Source: Octopus bimaculoides
Taxonomy: Eukaryota
Direction: 5' to 3'
DNA: 32,940 bases
NCBI RefSeq assembly: GCF_001194135.2
Contig: NC_069000.1
Span: forward strand, 35,104,682 to 35,137,621
Under the pieces are notes generated by a model. The model was not told where the DNA came from and made no database searches. It saw nothing but the letters and a program-made list of their open reading frames with translations. Below are positions 29,930 through 32,940 of this stretch, piece after piece (the first letter of the stretch is position 1; each line of letters starts with the position of its first letter). The position numbers and the translations under genes were made by a program.

Positions 29930-32240
29930 ACAAGTTTTCCTATGATATAAGAAAATTTCTTAAATCTGAAGATCTCAGAAGACGAAAAACGAAATATTTT
30001 GATGCAAATGATAGAAATTCTAAGATAATTCAGAAATTATAAGGTCATTCATTCTATTTCCGATACATTTTCAAAGGAAATCTTCAAGTTAAAAATAATC
30101 TTTATTAAGGCAACTACAAACCTTAATGCTGCAGTGGCTGGTGTACGAGAAACAGTATCCTTCGTGGAAAAGACAGATTGAAGGTGTCTTAAAGATAGTT
30201 AGAAGAGATCTCAGCCAGACTGAAAACTGGAACAAAGTTAACTTACAAAACACTATGTAAGTTTTACCATGAACGTAAGTACAACATATATGAGAAAGGC
30301 GCGAAATTGTTATGATATTTGGATGATAACTGATGAGGGAGGAGCATCTTCGCGACTCGTGCGTGAATCTTCCGTGTGTTCTTTTGTCGTCTTTCTGTGC
30401 AATTTTTGAATCTTAATATATGAGAAAGGACTTGATTTAGTTATTGAACAGATCAAGTAGAGAATGTGTGAAAATTCAACCAAAAATAAACCGTTACACT
30501 GGAAGAGCAACTCAATTTGAGCATTACAGACTTTTTGAATAAAAAAAAAAAGACACGGATTTGATGTAACATTCGAAGATGTAAAATAAAAACGTTAACA
30601 CCAAATGTGCAATAGAATTTTTATATAGGAATTTGGGGTACCCCTTTTCACAATATGAAAATGCACATAGATTCAAATGGTTAAGACAGAACTGGGTAGT
30701 ACACAACAGCGGGAACTAATCTGTATAACGAGGGACAATGTTCTGCAATGTATAAAGCCATTACTAAATTGTAAAGCGCCAGGACCAGATGAAATCCGAG
30801 GACTTAGGACGAAATATCTAAAATTCTAACACGACCAAATGGGAAAACAAAAAAGAATGTGTAATACAAGGATGTGTAGTGGAGTAGATGGTTGAGGAGC
30901 GAACAACTTTGATTGTGAAAGATCCAACGAAGAGAAATGCAGTAGAAAAGTATCGCCCGATTGCCTTCCTCAGTATGTTAAACGAATGACAAGCAAGTGT
31001 CTTTGCTGGGAAAAAAAACACCAGCAGCAGATGCAAAAAAAATTGATACTTTTTTCAGTAGAAGGGTCGCTGGAAACATCTAACAGACTCCGAAGACCAT
31101 CTGATCATTGACAAAATGATTATGAAATACTGCAAGTAATGACGACAGACACATCAGTTCGTAGCGTGAGATGACTTCAAAAAGTCCTATGAGTTGGTGT
31201 CTCATTTTTGATTTGTGAGGTCATTTAAAAAGCTTGGCATAGCTGAAAACCTTATCGACATATTCAGTGCTGGGACGGCACACTGGAAAGTGAACTTGGT
31301 GCTGAACATGAAATCGCTAAGAAGTGAAGCGTAGCCGTTAAAAAAATGGATAGTTTTTGGAAGACTCTTTTCCACTTTGTTATTTATGATCCTGCTTATA
31401 TTCCTTCTCAATGACACTTAGAAAAATCAATATTGGTTACAAACTTGAGAAAAACACTCATTGCTAAATCATCTATTCTTCATGACTAACCTAAAGATAT
31501 TCGCAAAGTCAATATATTAATTCATTTGTTAAAATAGTAAAGATGTTTTACAATGATACTGGAGTAGAGTTTGATGTATATTTACGACATTTATCATGAT
31601 AAGAGGAAAGTGAACTTATTTTAACGGAATAGTTTTAAGAGAAAAACGCATTTTAGAATCAGATGACAATGAGTACAGCTATCTAAGAATAATGGAAATC
31701 GATGACATCATGCACAAGGAAATGAAGGAAAGATCGAGAACTGAAGTCATAAATTGATTCAAGGAATTTAATAAATGCGATCGACAAATGGACGATGCCC
31801 ACCGTTTTAAGTATATCTCCGGAACAGTGACTTAGATGAAAACTTTAGTTGTCTTGTTCAACGCGTTCGATTGTAATTGGACGTGTTAAGACTTTTTGCT
31901 GCAAGAATAGTCCCTGGAGAAAATTCTTGACATTATAATGACCGAGTAGTAAATTAGATGAAAAATGAGGTATGGTAACTAGACCGAACAGAAATGAGGA
32001 AGACCCTAACTATGTATAGAGGGCTCCATCTTAAGGCAAATGTCAGTGGTTTGTACTTGAAACAGAAGGCTGGAAGGAGAGGGCTTGTTAGTATTTCTGA
32101 TTGTGTGGGCGATGAATAGAGGTCAATAAACAACCTCCTTGCAAGACATGGAGAAGAAATATTTAGACATTGGGTTATAGAAGTAGGACTGCTTGTTTTA
32201 AAACTCGCAGGAAAGAATTTCATAACACAGTAGAGTAATT
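29930..32240 (+). mobile_element. Heavily decayed R4/Dong-clade non-LTR retrotransposon (reverse transcriptase pseudogene)
   Basis: Collinear motifs despite many stops and frameshifts: YPSWKRQIEG, KYNIYEKGLDLVIEQIK, NCKAPGPDE (30773-30790), KYRPIAFL (30951), DHLIIDK, DFKKSYELVSH (31173), IVFGRLFSTLLF (GIFQGDSLSPLLF-like), HLFFMTNLK (31470; YMDD lost), YSYLRIME, LDRTEMRKTLTMYRGLH and GLYLKQKAGRRGLVSISDCV (32048; RLYLPRKEGGRGL-like). Confidence 0.92.
30300..30415 (+). mobile_element. 116-bp insertion with a 14-bp TSD inside the LINE; contains a decayed hammerhead-like motif
   Basis: ATATATGAGAAAGG at 30286-30299 and 30416-30429; removing the insert restores KYNIYEKGLDLVIEQ. The interior has CTGATGA (30330), GGAG...CTTC and a degenerate CGAAAC-N-GTC. 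Confidence 0.75.
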
Positions 32241-32340
32241 CCTGAAAGAAAAGTACCTGTAACGATGTGAACTTGCTAGCCTCCTTATTATTACTTTATT
32301 AATACTATTAATAACGGCAATGATACTTTATACATATATA

Positions 32341-32940
32341 TATAAACATAATTAAGGGATCAGCAACATACCGAAATTTAGAAATAGCAGTTAAAATGCT
32401 AATTCTACTACTACAATAAGTCTCCAACAGATAGCAATACTTGTAACTCACAAAGGCAAAACAAGAAGAAAAAATAACGAAACTAACCAGTCTTAGTTAA
32501 TCATAGACGCGTTTCTAGATCAGAATAGTAAAAATATTCACTTCCGTCATCAGTATGATATTCTAGATTATAAATTTGAAAATGCTGGCAAAAACCATGT
32601 ATGTTCAACCAGGCGACATCGCGCATCACATAAGAGAAGCAGCCTTTCCGAATTTATATAGGCGAGTCAGTCCATATCCATCCTCAAGAATCACCATGTA
32701 CTTCACAAGCAATACCGCAGAAAATCTACGGTTTACTATGAGGGAGTGAATAATCATTACAGATATAGGGTAAAGGATTATTAATTTATTAATAAATTAA
32801 TAATTAATAATTTTTACCAAGTAGTTCGGTATGTAAAAAACCAATATCTGTGAAGAACTTCTTTAAGAAGTTCTTTTAAAATTATAAACATAATTAAGGG
32901 ATCAGCAACAGTTGCTTCACCATATACCAAAATTTAGAAA
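32341..32940 (-). mobile_element. Hammerhead-bearing repeat in apparent tandem (~0.55 kb unit); Penelope terminal repeat or retrozyme-like
   Basis: TATAAACATAATTAAGGGATCAGCAACA occurs at 32341-32368 and 32883-32910, and both copies continue into TACC-AAATTTAGAAA (14-bp indel between them). The unit abuts (TA)n at ~32330-32344, and a third partial copy lies at 12800-12990. Confidence 0.7.
32500..32559 (-). ncRNA. Type I hammerhead ribozyme motif
   Basis: Minus strand reads ATCATA-CTGATGA-cggaagtgaatatttttactattctgatcta-GAAA-CGC-GTC-TATGAT. It has a perfect 6-bp stem I, a full CUGAUGA/GAAA core, a palindromic stem III (ACGCGT) and a GUC cleavage triplet. Stem II can fold, but its closing pair is imperfect. 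Confidence 0.75.

Noticed and set aside
28905-29933. Poly-L, poly-K and poly-D ORFs
   Set aside because: They are translations of (AAG)n/(GAT)n plus a gap; the poly-Y/L ORFs at 19114-19391 are likewise (ATT)n.
29965-29995. CTGAAGA...GAAA on the plus strand
   Set aside because: No supporting stems or cleavage triplet; it is part of the LINE remnant.

Overview
AT-rich, microsatellite-dense animal genomic DNA from a gapped draft assembly. There are 11 N-gaps: 1283-1430, 2097-2632, 3608-4297, 4900-4909, 5760-6131, 14574-15306, 16916-17237, 22945-23330, 24426-24731, 27547-27756, 29035-29754. The repeat content looks like an octopus (coleoid cephalopod) genome; this is my inference from recognising the SINE types, not a database result. 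No complete protein-coding gene is visible, and nearly all ORFs in the track are translations of microsatellites or gaps. The window contains: (1) about 30 copies or fragments of three tRNA-headed SINE families, labelled A, B and C here, often in head-to-tail chains and with swapped modules; (2) decayed autonomous elements: a mariner transposase, a CRE-type RLE fragment, an RTE-type 3' end, a ~2.3 kb R4/Dong-type LINE and a probable TTAA-flanked piggyBac derivative; (3) one well-formed 83-nt internal exon (12496-12578) that resembles an RGK/Ras-like small GTPase; (4) six type I hammerhead-ribozyme-like motifs of the Penelope/retrozyme kind. The best hammerhead (32500-32559, minus strand) has an intact catalytic core plus stems I and III and lies in a ~0.55 kb apparent tandem unit that runs off the window end. 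This is the most interesting signal. Family-level assignments come from manual translation and alignment and need RepeatMasker, Infernal or BLAST confirmation.
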